Shown here one piece after another: positions 17,154 to 26,883 of a stretch of 30,275 nt of DNA. The notes under the pieces are model-generated. The model worked only from the letters and a program-made list of their open reading frames with translations, searched no databases and was not told where the DNA came from. The stretch covers positions 1 to 30,275 of the forward strand of contig JBHHXN010000052.1 of NCBI GenBank assembly GCA_046757025.1, written 5' to 3'. The first letter of the stretch is position 1. Every line of letters begins with the position of its first letter. The stretch is from a bacterium (GTDB lineage Bacteria; Zhuqueibacterota; Zhuqueibacteria; Oceanimicrobiales; Oceanimicrobiaceae). The position numbers and the translations under genes were made by a program.

Positions 17154-19616
17154 ATGAAGATCGCAATAAATGGCCTCGCACGAAATCGAGTCTCCATAAA
17201 AAATATCTGGACAGGTTGGTTCATTCTCGCAGTGATAGTCTGTCTGCCTGCTTTCGGCTTTGGGCAGGAGAATCCCCACTTGAATATGCAAATGAATTGT
17301 GAGACCTGCCACGTCGCCGAGTCCTGGCATAAAATACGGTTTAATCACAACATCACTAAATTTGAGTTGACCGACCGCCATCGGGAAGTGGACTGCCAGT
17401 CCTGTCACAACATTGAAGATTTTGCCAAGGTTCGCTCTGATTGTTTCACCTGCCATGAAGATGTGCATCAGGCAAAAATGGGCGGCGATTGTGAGAAATG
17501 TCACGAGCCTCAGGGATGGGAAATTTTTAATGTTGAAGAAATTCATTCCAGCAGTCGCTTCCCGCTCATGGGAAGACACACACTGGTGGACTGCCAGAGT
17601 TGTCACCGAAATCAACAGCAAGGCGATTTTGCTTTGCTTTCCACAGAGTGCATTGTTTGCCACCAGCAGGATTATTTAGGCACAGAAAACCCCAATCACG
17701 TGGCGAATTCTATGTCCACCAATTGTCAGGAATGCCATGAAATGAGTGATTGGCGCCCGGCTTTTTTGGCGAACCACGACGTCTTTTTCCCGATTTTTTC
17801 CGGAGAGCATGAGGGCGCCTGGAGCGATTGCAACAGCTGTCATCCCAATCAAGCCACTTTTCTTGAATTTACTTGTTTGAGATGTCACGAGCACAGGCAA
17901 GCAAAAATGGACGACGAGCATCGCGGAATTTCGGGCTATGCCTATGAGAGTACCGCCTGTTTGTCCTGCCACCCGCACGGCAGCGGCGAAGGCGGCATTG
18001 AAAACCACGACGTGGATTTCTTTCCGATCTTCACGGGCACACATCAGGATACCTGGCAGGAATGTTCTGAGTGCCATGTCAATCCGGAAACTTTTAACGT
18101 GGTTTCCTGCATTGACTGCCATGATCATGAACCCGTTAAAACCAATTCCAAACATACCGGCATGGCAGGGTATGCTTATGAAACCGTGAGTTGTTTGTTC
18201 TGTCACCCCAGCGGGGAAAAGGGTGATTTCCACGAGCACGATAATTTGTTTTTTCCGATATTTGCAGGCGCGCACGCTAGTGAATGGCAGGAGTGTGCGG
18301 TGTGTCATAACAACCCCAATGACCGCAAGACGTTCACCTGTCTCGAATGTCACGAACACCGGCAAACCGAAATGGACGCCAAACATAACGGCATGCCGGG
18401 ATATGCCTACCAGAGTTCAGAATGCTACTTTTGTCACCCCAATAGTGACAAAGGGCAATTCAGTGATCATGACAATCTGTTCTTTCCTATTTTTGCCGGC
18501 GTGCATGCCGGTGAGTGGAACGAGTGTGCGGAGTGTCACACCAATCCCACCAATCGCAAGGAGTTCACCTGTCTGGAGTGTCACGAGCACCGGCAAACCG
18601 AAATGGACGCCAAACATAACGGCATGCCGGGATATGCCTACCAGAGTTCAGAATGCTACTTTTGTCACCCCAATAGTGACAAAGGGCAATTCAGTGATCA
18701 TGACAATCTGTTCTTTCCTATTTTTGCCGGCGTGCATGCCGGTGAGTGGAACGAGTGTGCGGAGTGTCACACCAATCCCACCAATCGCAAGGAGTTTACC
18801 TGTCTGGAATGCCATGGGCATCGGCAGACGGAAATGGACACCAAGCATGCGGGTATTCCGGGTTATGCCTACCAGAGCGCGGATTGTTTCTTTTGCCATC
18901 CCGATGGTCAAAAAACCGAGTTTCGAGACCATGACGCACAATTTTTTCCGATTTTCGCCGGCGTGCATGCCGGGGAATGGGAGGCGTGTGCCACCTGTCA
19001 TGTGAACCCTACCAATCGCAAGGATTTTACCTGTCTCGAATGCCATGACCACAGCCGCAGCAGCATGGACGCGAAACACGCCGGCATTCAGGGTTACGTC
19101 TATCAGAGCACCGACTGTTTCTTCTGCCACCCGGATGGCAAAAAGGGGCAATTTAGACAGCATGATTCACAATTTTTTCCGATTTTTAGCGGCACACATG
19201 CTGGTGAATGGGCCGAGTGCGCGGTCTGTCACACGGTTCTTAGCAATCGCAAAGAGTTCAACTGCCTTGAATGCCATGAACACCGACAGTCTGAAATGGA
19301 TTTGAAGCATACGGGTATTCCGGGTTATGCTTACCAGAGTGCGGATTGTTATTTATGCCACCCCGACGGTCGTAAGGGAGAATTCCTCGAACATGACAAC
19401 CAATTTTTCCCGATTTTCAGCGGGCCGCACCGAAACAAATGGGATAGCTGTGCAACCTGTCACTTCAATCCCAATGATCGCAAAGCCTTCACTTGTTTTG
19501 ACTGCCACGAGCACAACCGTACCAAGATGGATGATAAACATCTGAGGGAAGTAAAAGATTATGTCTATGAAAGCAACGCTTGCTATGATTGCCATCCCAA
19601 TGGCAAAGGCGACTAA
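17154..19616 (+). CDS. Exported multiheme cytochrome c, 31 CxxCH motifs
   Basis: AAGGA RBS; signal peptide; 31 CxxCH counted by hand (7 N-terminal plus 8 modules of 3). Confidence 0.95.
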   Translation: MKIAINGLARNRVSIKNIWTGWFILAVIVCLPAFGFGQENPHLNMQMNCETCHVAESWHKIRFNHNITKFELTDRHREVDCQSCHNIEDFAKVRSDCFTCHEDVHQAKMGGDCEKCHEPQGWEIFNVEEIHSSSRFPLMGRHTLVDCQSCHRNQQQGDFALLSTECIVCHQQDYLGTENPNHVANSMSTNCQECHEMSDWRPAFLANHDVFFPIFSGEHEGAWSDCNSCHPNQATFLEFTCLRCHEHRQAKMDDEHRGISGYAYESTACLSCHPHGSGEGGIENHDVDFFPIFTGTHQDTWQECSECHVNPETFNVVSCIDCHDHEPVKTNSKHTGMAGYAYETVSCLFCHPSGEKGDFHEHDNLFFPIFAGAHASEWQECAVCHNNPNDRKTFTCLECHEHRQTEMDAKHNGMPGYAYQSSECYFCHPNSDKGQFSDHDNLFFPIFAGVHAGEWNECAECHTNPTNRKEFTCLECHEHRQTEMDAKHNGMPGYAYQSSECYFCHPNSDKGQFSDHDNLFFPIFAGVHAGEWNECAECHTNPTNRKEFTCLECHGHRQTEMDTKHAGIPGYAYQSADCFFCHPDGQKTEFRDHDAQFFPIFAGVHAGEWEACATCHVNPTNRKDFTCLECHDHSRSSMDAKHAGIQGYVYQSTDCFFCHPDGKKGQFRQHDSQFFPIFSGTHAGEWAECAVCHTVLSNRKEFNCLECHEHRQSEMDLKHTGIPGYAYQSADCYLCHPDGRKGEFLEHDNQFFPIFSGPHRNKWDSCATCHFNPNDRKAFTCFDCHEHNRTKMDDKHLREVKDYVYESNACYDCHPNGKGD
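18357..18796 (+). repeat. Identical 209-bp direct repeat at 231-bp period inside the 31-heme gene
   Basis: 18357-18565 equals 18588-18796 base for base; neighbouring modules are diverged copies of the same 231-bp unit. Confidence 0.92.
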
Positions 19617-19629
19617 AAGGAATAAGACT

Positions 19630-21243
19630 ATGTGTAAATATTTTTTGATGATAAATCTGTTTGTCATTTCAACCGTGCTGTGGGGTCAGAGTATGGTGAA
19701 AAGAGTTGGGGAAATAAAATATATTTCGCAAAACTCATTTTACATAAATCTGGGGAAAAAGCAGGGTCTAACCATTGGCGATACCTTGCATGTGGTAAGA
19801 AATGGCCGCGAAATTGCCAGAATAGTGGTGGAAAGCGTGGCCAATTTATCTGCTGCTTGTAAATCGCTGAGACAAATGAGCAAGATCAAGCAGGGTGACC
19901 GGGTGGAAGCCTTCGTGCGGGTTGCGGTGGTTCAACCCAAACAAAGTCTATCTGAAGAAACCAAAGTTCGCTTACCAAATCAGGGGCGAAAATCGAAGGG
20001 TTCCTCTTCCCGCACCAGGAGAAGACGCATTAACAAAGTGAGCGGTCGATTCAGTTTGCAGTCTATCTGGTTCGACGACAAAAGCTCGTCGAATCTCGAT
20101 TACAATCAATTGGCATTTCGATCCAAACTAAAAGTCCAGAACATTGTCAATTCATCGTTTGATTTGAGAATACGCTGGCGCTCGCGAAGAAACGACCGGA
20201 CACATTCGGTCAGAAATCTTTTCACCGACGATAATTGGATGCACAGCGTCTATGAATTCGGGCTGGTGCACAGCAACGATCGCTCTTCCTATGAATTCAG
20301 TCTGGGACGCATTTTGTCACATCGTATTCGGGGAATTGGTTACATCGATGGCGGCTTGTTTTCATACAAGATAAATCCCGAGCTGCGTTTGGGAATGGCG
20401 GGCGGCACTCAGCCCAATTTGCGAAACTCTGGATTCCAAACAAATGAACAAAAATTTGGCGTTTTTATCAATTACGAAAAAGGCGATTATCAATCTCAAC
20501 GTTTTGAGACATCGTTAGCTTTCTCAGGAAGTTATGTTAAAGGCGTGGTGAGCCGGGAATTTCTCTACCTGCAAAACAATTATTGGATGGGCTCCAAATT
20601 TTCAATTTACCAAACATTGGAAGTGGATATCAACCGTGGATGGAAAAAAGCCGGCGGATCACAAAATTTTCAATTGAGCAATTTTTTCGTCAGTACCCAC
20701 TACGAACCGTCGAGTTCCGTTTCTTTGAACGCCTCCTTTGACGCGCGAAAAATTGTGCGAGTTTACCAAACGCGCAGCATTCCGGACAGTCTGTTCGACG
20801 AAACCATTCGACAGGGCTTTCATGCGGGACTCACCTTACGGCTGCCTCACCGCATGCGATTCTCCGGTAACTTCGGGGTCCGATTGCGCAGAGGCGCAGT
20901 GAAAAATACCTTTTCGGCATCGGGAGCGCTGACGATGCGGCAAATATTCCATACCTGGGCGACGTTAAATCTGCGGCTGGCTTATTTTTCTACCATGTTT
21001 ACGAAAGGGTATCGGCCTAATTTCAGTGTACGCTTGCCAGTTAAAAGAGGGTTTGCCGTGAATCTCTCGGGTGGAAGCTACATCTACCAAACTGCTGGTC
21101 GAACCACCAGCAACGCTTATGCAGAAGCTACCGGCTACTACCGCCTGAACCGCTGGTTGTTTGCAAATTTTGGTTACAGAGCATTTGTGGAGCAGCGTTT
21201 AAAGTCTGGCCGACTTTTTGTTGAAACCGGCGTGGTATTCTGA
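19630..21243 (+). CDS. Outer-membrane beta-barrel protein (candidate cytochrome-associated porin) with small N-terminal soluble domain
   Basis: AAAGGA RBS before ATG 19630; signal peptide; N-terminal YINLG..QG..IGD domain; many amphipathic beta-strands; ends in ETGVVF. Confidence 0.78.
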   Translation: MCKYFLMINLFVISTVLWGQSMVKRVGEIKYISQNSFYINLGKKQGLTIGDTLHVVRNGREIARIVVESVANLSAACKSLRQMSKIKQGDRVEAFVRVAVVQPKQSLSEETKVRLPNQGRKSKGSSSRTRRRRINKVSGRFSLQSIWFDDKSSSNLDYNQLAFRSKLKVQNIVNSSFDLRIRWRSRRNDRTHSVRNLFTDDNWMHSVYEFGLVHSNDRSSYEFSLGRILSHRIRGIGYIDGGLFSYKINPELRLGMAGGTQPNLRNSGFQTNEQKFGVFINYEKGDYQSQRFETSLAFSGSYVKGVVSREFLYLQNNYWMGSKFSIYQTLEVDINRGWKKAGGSQNFQLSNFFVSTHYEPSSSVSLNASFDARKIVRVYQTRSIPDSLFDETIRQGFHAGLTLRLPHRMRFSGNFGVRLRRGAVKNTFSASGALTMRQIFHTWATLNLRLAYFSTMFTKGYRPNFSVRLPVKRGFAVNLSGGSYIYQTAGRTTSNAYAEATGYYRLNRWLFANFGYRAFVEQRLKSGRLFVETGVVF

Positions 21244-21277
21244 AAATGATGTAACAGGGCAGAATTCGAATTACAAC

Positions 21278-21306
21278 TTGACAATTCGAATGATTATTTT
21301 TATATT
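21278..21306 (+). promoter_or_regulatory. Sigma70 promoter for the sensor/regulator unit, flanked by AATTCGAAT repeats
   Basis: TTGACA-17 nt-TATATT; AATTCGAAT at 21263 and 21283. Confidence 0.6.
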
Positions 21307-21496
21307 GATCGAAGTCATTAAAAAATATTGAATAACATGGCTTGAACAGCACGCATTCATTCAATCCTTCGACTAACGCATACTGAACTTTTTAATATAA
21401 AAAGTTAGTTCAATTTCCACGTTTACCATAAATTTACTCGGAGCAGGTTTTACTTGCTCGGTGATCATACTTTAAATCGTTTAATACGCATTTGAT

Positions 21497-21955
21497 ATGC
21501 CATTTAAGAACTATATTTTCTTATTTGCCTTGCTTCTAATTTGCTTTGGGGATGTTGGAGCCGTTTCGCTATTTCAAATCAAAGACTCTGCTATGGAAGC
21601 TAAAGCGGACTCCCTGGTTCGGCTTTTACCGGAAAAACTGGTGACCATAGTCGATAAAACCCTGGATGACCAGTTCGCTGAAATTGAAAATCTGGCGTCT
21701 ATTTTATTCAAAATGGATAAAAAGAAAATATTTCTCATTACTTTGCCCATGGAAAATTATATCGAAGACATTTATTTTCCGGCAAACCAACCGGCGGTGA
21801 TCTATCCACGGATTATCTTTAAAACCATCTATGAAGAGCTAAAAAAAGGAAAAACCAAAAAAGAAATTGCCAGAACGTTAGTGAACCTGCAAAAACAAAA
21901 TGCGTTTGAAAAACAATTTCTCTTGTCTAAAAAAAGAAAAAATAATTTGAAATAA
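21497..21955 (+). CDS. Hypothetical exported protein
   Basis: 152-aa ORF with N-terminal signal-like segment, 17 bp before the porin gene. Confidence 0.65.
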   Translation: MPFKNYIFLFALLLICFGDVGAVSLFQIKDSAMEAKADSLVRLLPEKLVTIVDKTLDDQFAEIENLASILFKMDKKKIFLITLPMENYIEDIYFPANQPAVIYPRIIFKTIYEELKKGKTKKEIARTLVNLQKQNAFEKQFLLSKKRKNNLK

Positions 21956-21972
21956 ACGATTCAGGGAAAAAT

Positions 21973-22944
21973 GTGCGAAAAATCTTGATCATTCTTCTTG
22001 GGTTTTTACTTGTGACTCGGTTGGCACACGCAGCAGAAGTCCGCCTCGGATTGGAAGTGGAATTTCGAACTTTTTACCTCAGCAGGCAACAACCCAACTA
22101 TTCGTTTCAATTTCGGGAAGCTAAATTATTTTTCGATACGTTCATTTCAGAAAAGGCCAGTGCGCTCCTTGAAATTGAATTTCGTAAAATAGACCGAATT
22201 TCACAACTGGAAAGAGGGTATTTTCTGTGGCGGCAGTTGCCGTTGAACAGTCAGCTAAAATTCGGCCAATTTCGCATTCCCTTCGGGTTGTGGGATGCCT
22301 ACACCATTGACCGTTCACTGATCAAAAATTCATTTATTGGTCAGGATGAAAATTTTCAGCAATTCAAATTGCGGAAATTAGACGTGGGCGTTGAAGTACA
22401 AAGTTCATACAAAAATTTCAGTGCCGCGGTAGCGGTTATCAACGGCAATACCGTCAATACTGCACTGGATGACAACAATCAGAAAGATTTTGTAGCGCGC
22501 CTGGGTTATTCCCGCGCGTTGTTTTCGATGCATGTCAACACCTATTTTGGCACGGCAGAGCGCATCAAAGACGTGACCGCTCCGGATATTCCCCGACATC
22601 GACATATTACCGCAGTTGGCCTGGATTTTACCGCCAACACCGGTGATATCACCTTCAGTGGTGAAATTGTCGATATAAAATATGAGGACTTACATGCTTT
22701 TGGAGCCTATTTGCAATTCAGCTATGATCTGTTAGAAATCGTTTATGGTTTGCGTCTAGTGGGTAAAATCGAATTTTGGGATCCCGATAAAAATGTCGCT
22801 GAAAATGATCTTGTTCAGGCCATTATCGGGTTCAAACATACTTTAGCCCGCGGTATGACAATACAATTGGAATACCGTTATCACACACACCAGATAGAAC
22901 AGCGCAACAACGGATTGATGCTGGAAGTGGAGCTGGAGCTATGA
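21973..22944 (+). CDS. Porin (OprO/OprP-like outer-membrane beta-barrel)
   Basis: Signal peptide ending AHA; LKFGQFRIPFG, DVGV, AVINGN, DDNNQKDFVARL; alternating C-terminal strand LMLEVELEL. Confidence 0.72.
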   Translation: MRKILIILLGFLLVTRLAHAAEVRLGLEVEFRTFYLSRQQPNYSFQFREAKLFFDTFISEKASALLEIEFRKIDRISQLERGYFLWRQLPLNSQLKFGQFRIPFGLWDAYTIDRSLIKNSFIGQDENFQQFKLRKLDVGVEVQSSYKNFSAAVAVINGNTVNTALDDNNQKDFVARLGYSRALFSMHVNTYFGTAERIKDVTAPDIPRHRHITAVGLDFTANTGDITFSGEIVDIKYEDLHAFGAYLQFSYDLLEIVYGLRLVGKIEFWDPDKNVAENDLVQAIIGFKHTLARGMTIQLEYRYHTHQIEQRNNGLMLEVELEL

Positions 22945-24578
22945 AAGCCTCGACGGAAACGCAGGAAATTTCAAAACACTCCCGCTTCCAAAATTTGAGT
23001 TTACGCTGGAAAATTTTGTTGATCATTTTGCCGCTCATCGTGCTGACGTTTCTGGGATTCACCCTTATTCATGTTTTTTCAAACCGCAATCAGCTCATCA
23101 ACAATACCGAAAATTTTCTGAACACGCTGGTGCAGCAGCTCAGATTTAACATTGCCCGGGGCTACGAAGTCCATAATGCACGGAGTCTTTTCCAACTGGT
23201 TCAGGAATATCTGGATTATGACAGTCGAATCATCAATGTCCGCGTCATCACCAGGGCCGGTGAAATTACCGCTGATCGCGATGAAGACAAAATCTTCAAC
23301 ATGAACACTGATCCGGAAGTGGGAGCGATTCTTGCCGGCGGCGCCGACGTGTTACGACGATTTAAAGTGCAAGAAAAAGTGTATTATAAAGCTGTTGTAC
23401 CAATTTATTCCTGGAACAGCACCAGAATAATCGGGGCTTTGTTGCTGTTGTACGATGCCTCCGAGATGTTTCAGGCACTACGTAAAGCTCAAACACTCGG
23501 TTTACTTGGTTCCCTGCTGTTTATTTTGTTGACGGCCATTGCAATTACGCTTTTTTTAGATCGCCGCATTACCTTTCCATTGGAACGATTGACCGAAAGC
23601 GTGAGCAGTGTAAATGTTTTGAAACCCGTGGTTCCGGAGTTAGACATTCAATCCAAAGACGAAATCGGTACCCTTTCGCGCACTTTTCGGCATCTTTTAC
23701 TCAATCTGCAAAAAGCCAATGCCGAATTAACCCAACGTACGAAGGAAATTGAGCAGGCCTACAAAGAGCTCAAAGAGACGCAAGTACAGCTCATTCAATC
23801 GGAAAAGATGGCCGCACTGGGACAGTTGACCGCCGGCATCGCGCACGAAGTCAACAATCCGATGAATTTCGTGACCGGGAACCTCAATCTGCTCGAAGAT
23901 CATTTAAAAGATGTCAAACGACTTTTAAAGGCTTACGAGCAGATTAAATTCGACGAAAAAGAACGAAAGCAGATTTTGGCTCTCAAGAGCCAGATTGATT
24001 TTGAAAACATCATCAAAGACCTGGATGTCATTATTACCGACTGCAAAACGGGCGCAAATCGCACCATCGAAATTGTGAAAGAGCTGCGGAATTTTTCGCG
24101 TCTGGACAGAGGAGCAATCCAATTCATTGATATCAATAGCTGCATCGACACCATTTTGAAGCTGTTGCAGCCGAATTACAAAGACCGCATTCAAATCAAA
24201 AAAGATTATGGAGACCTACCAAAATATGAGTGCTATTCCGGTTTACTCGATCAGGTGTTTATGAATTTGATTATGAATTCCATCCAGGCCATCGAAGGTC
24301 AGGGAAATATTATTATTCAAACCTCCAAAAATGAAAGCAAGATCAGGATCAATATTTCAGATAACGGCAAAGGGATACCCAGAGAAATATCAGCTAAAAT
24401 TTTTGATCCATTTTTTACAACCAAGGAAATTGGTAAAGGCACCGGCCTGGGTTTGAGCATTAGCTACCGAATTGTTCAGCAGCATGGCGGTACGATTACC
24501 TTTGAAAGTGAACCCGGTAAAGGGACTTGTATGCATATTCAACTGCCAATTAAAGGAGTCACAGACCATGTCTCGTAA
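22941..24578 (+). CDS. Membrane sensor histidine kinase (two TM, HAMP, HisKA, HATPase)
   Basis: ATGA overlap with the porin stop; [33 protein letters not shown]-box; [25 protein letters not shown]. Confidence 0.95.
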   Translation: MKASTETQEISKHSRFQNLSLRWKILLIILPLIVLTFLGFTLIHVFSNRNQLINNTENFLNTLVQQLRFNIARGYEVHNARSLFQLVQEYLDYDSRIINVRVITRAGEITADRDEDKIFNMNTDPEVGAILAGGADVLRRFKVQEKVYYKAVVPIYSWNSTRIIGALLLLYDASEMFQALRKAQTLGLLGSLLFILLTAIAITLFLDRRITFPLERLTESVSSVNVLKPVVPELDIQSKDEIGTLSRTFRHLLLNLQKANAELTQRTKEIEQAYKELKETQVQLIQSEKMAALGQLTAGIAHEVNNPMNFVTGNLNLLEDHLKDVKRLLKAYEQIKFDEKERKQILALKSQIDFENIIKDLDVIITDCKTGANRTIEIVKELRNFSRLDRGAIQFIDINSCIDTILKLLQPNYKDRIQIKKDYGDLPKYECYSGLLDQVFMNLIMNSIQAIEGQGNIIIQTSKNESKIRINISDNGKGIPREISAKIFDPFFTTKEIGKGTGLGLSISYRIVQQHGGTITFESEPGKGTCMHIQLPIKGVTDHVS

Positions 24579-26082
24579 ACATACCATTCTGTATGTGGAT
24601 GACGAAGAAGAAAATCTCAATTTATTTTATAATTCTTTCAAAAAGAACTACAAAATATTAAAAGTAAAATCGGCAGAAAAAGCGCTGAGACTTTGCGAGC
24701 AGGAAGCGGTGGATTTGATCATGGCGGATCAGCGCATGCCGGGCATGATGGGTGTGGATTTGTTAGCAAAATTAGCGCTTGATAAGCCCGACATGGTGCG
24801 GATTCTCATCACCGGGTATGCCGATGTTTCTGTGGCGGTGGAAGCCATCAACCGCGGGAAAGTGCACCGATTTATTTCGAAACCCTGGGAACGAGAAGAA
24901 ATTCAAACCGTGCTGCAGATGGAGTTGCAGAATTATGATCTCAAAATCGAAAATAAAAAGCTCACCGCTAAGTTGAATGAAAAAGCCCGGGAGCTTGAAG
25001 AAAAAAATAAAGCCCTGGAAGCATCCAACAAAAAGCTCACAAAAGCCAGTCATCTTTTGCAGGAGAAAAGCAATGAATATGAAAGATTGTATCACGAGCT
25101 CGAGAAAAAATTAGAAGAGAACCGCTCATTGCGAGAAGCTGTGGAACAGAGATTTTCATTGCGCGATTTGGTGGGCCGAAGCGACTCCATGCAGAACGTT
25201 TTTCAGTTTATACGGGATGTGGGTCCCACCGATTCCACGGTGCTGTTACTGGGAGAAAGCGGCACCGGTAAAGAGATGGTGGCGCGAGCACTCCATGACG
25301 AGAGCGAACGCCGAGACCAGCCGTTTGTGGTGGTAAATTGTGCAGCCCTGCCTGAGAATTTGCTGGAAAGCGAATTGTTCGGTCATGAAAAAGGGGCGTT
25401 TACTGGCGCCATCCGGCTCAAAATCGGTCGTTTTGAGCAGGCAGAAGGAGGCACCATATTTTTGGATGAAATCGGTGAAATTTCCGCCGCCATGCAGTTG
25501 CGTTTTTTGCGGGTCCTGCAAGAAAAAACGTTCGAGAGAGTGGGGGGCGAAAAAACGCACAAAGCCGATGTCCGAATAATCTCTGCTACCAACCAGGATC
25601 TGCAAGCTTCTATGACAGCAGGTACCTTCCGGGATGATCTGTATTATCGTTTGAATGTATTGTCCATCACCATTCCCACTTTGCGAGATCGTCCTGAAGA
25701 CATCCCGCTTCTGTGCCAACGTTTTCTGGTGAGGTACTGCGCCATTTCTGGCAAACAAATGCGTGGATTTACCAACGAGGCCATGCACATTCTGCTCGAC
25801 TATTCCTGGCCTGGCAATGTACGTGAGCTGCAAAATCTGGTGGAACGCGCGGTCACTTTGTGTAAAGAAGAATATATCACCCCGGAGATTTTCCCACCCA
25901 ACATGTTGAGCACATCATACAACCGCTCCACGAAATCTCTCTGGGAGCTGGAAAAGGAGCACGTCTTGAAAATTTTGGAGAGCACCGGCTGGAACAAACA
26001 CCAGGCAGCTAAAATGCTGCAAATCACCCGCAGCAGCCTGTACAGCAAGATTCAGCGCTATGGGCTGAATCCTCCTGAGTAA
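24568..26082 (+). CDS. NtrC-family sigma54-dependent response regulator
   Basis: AAGGAG RBS before ATG 24568; REC (VDDEE, ADQRMP, KPW); GESGTGKE, GAFTGA, FLDEI, FRDDLYYRL, WPGNVREL; Fis-type HTH. Confidence 0.95.
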   Translation: MSRKHTILYVDDEEENLNLFYNSFKKNYKILKVKSAEKALRLCEQEAVDLIMADQRMPGMMGVDLLAKLALDKPDMVRILITGYADVSVAVEAINRGKVHRFISKPWEREEIQTVLQMELQNYDLKIENKKLTAKLNEKARELEEKNKALEASNKKLTKASHLLQEKSNEYERLYHELEKKLEENRSLREAVEQRFSLRDLVGRSDSMQNVFQFIRDVGPTDSTVLLLGESGTGKEMVARALHDESERRDQPFVVVNCAALPENLLESELFGHEKGAFTGAIRLKIGRFEQAEGGTIFLDEIGEISAAMQLRFLRVLQEKTFERVGGEKTHKADVRIISATNQDLQASMTAGTFRDDLYYRLNVLSITIPTLRDRPEDIPLLCQRFLVRYCAISGKQMRGFTNEAMHILLDYSWPGNVRELQNLVERAVTLCKEEYITPEIFPPNMLSTSYNRSTKSLWELEKEHVLKILESTGWNKHQAAKMLQITRSSLYSKIQRYGLNPPE

Positions 26083-26129
26083 AATCATCTTCCTTTGCTA
26101 AAAGTGATTGACCGAGACTCCCTATATGA

Positions 26130-26442
26130 GTCATTCCCACGAAAGCGAATACGCGTCAACTTAAGGGCTAAATAACCCATTCTGCTATATTTATACTGAA
26201 AATCCACCAAGTTTTCGTTTCAAAATTTCTATTTTGGAACGCCATTGCGGAGAAACTCCGTTTAGAATGACCAATTTACAGAGAGGAAACAAAGTTTCGT
26301 AGACAAGTCTGTGCCCAAACGGGAGTCTGGGAACATGTTTTTTCAGGTTGACTCCAATTCGCGAAAACGTAAATCTATAAGCTACTGTTTTTAATGGATT
26401 CCTGCTCCCTGCTTTCGCAAAGACAAGCTTTGCAGGAATGAC
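26130..26442. mobile_element. Composite of nested REP/MITE-like palindromic elements
   Basis: Outer IR GTCATTCC/GGAATGAC; middle imperfect IR GTCAACTTAA/TTCAGGTTGAC; inner hairpins CGTTTCAAAAT/ATTTTGGAACG, GAAAC/GTTTC and GTGCCCAAAC/GTCTGGGAAC. Confidence 0.55.
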
Positions 26443-26883
26443 ATCCTTGGACTGTTGATTCAGACACTAAATATTAGCACCACCGCTAAAGAAACTGGTT
26501 GTGTGCAAACTCAAATTAACGAGATTATCTGAGATTCTCCTGGTTAGTGGATAATTCTTCGGGTTAACCAAGTATGGATTTCGCTGCCGCCTTCTCGCTG
26601 TCGATAACGATTTATTCAAGCAGAAGAGTCTTTTTACAAATGAGAATTTTCGTCATATTGTCGTTTTCTATTATGAATGGGACGTATTTCAAACAATTAG
26701 TAAGTTATTGTTATTAATAAATATAAATCAATAACAGTCAAATACTCTCCTTTTCAAAGGCCGGATATTATACATATTTGAGAAAAATTGAAATCAAATC
26801 CGAGCAAATGTTAAATTTCGATATTGGATTAAGTAATTAATTTTAAAAGATTAACGAGTGTGGTTATGACGATTTTTTTGTTT

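Noticed and set aside
18223..19005. 260-aa alternate-frame ORF and antisense ORFs in the 31-heme gene
   Set aside because: Shadows of the 231-bp coding repeat; no independent coding signal.
17770..19616. Regular repeats as a CRISPR array or DGR template/variable pair
   Set aside because: The period is an in-frame 231 bp with no spacers, no adenine-specific variation, and no cas or reverse transcriptase gene in the window.
15375..21243. Assigning mtrA/mtrB/mtrC or omc gene symbols
   Set aside because: Heme counts, repeat units and barrel size differ from those families; homology cannot be shown without a search.
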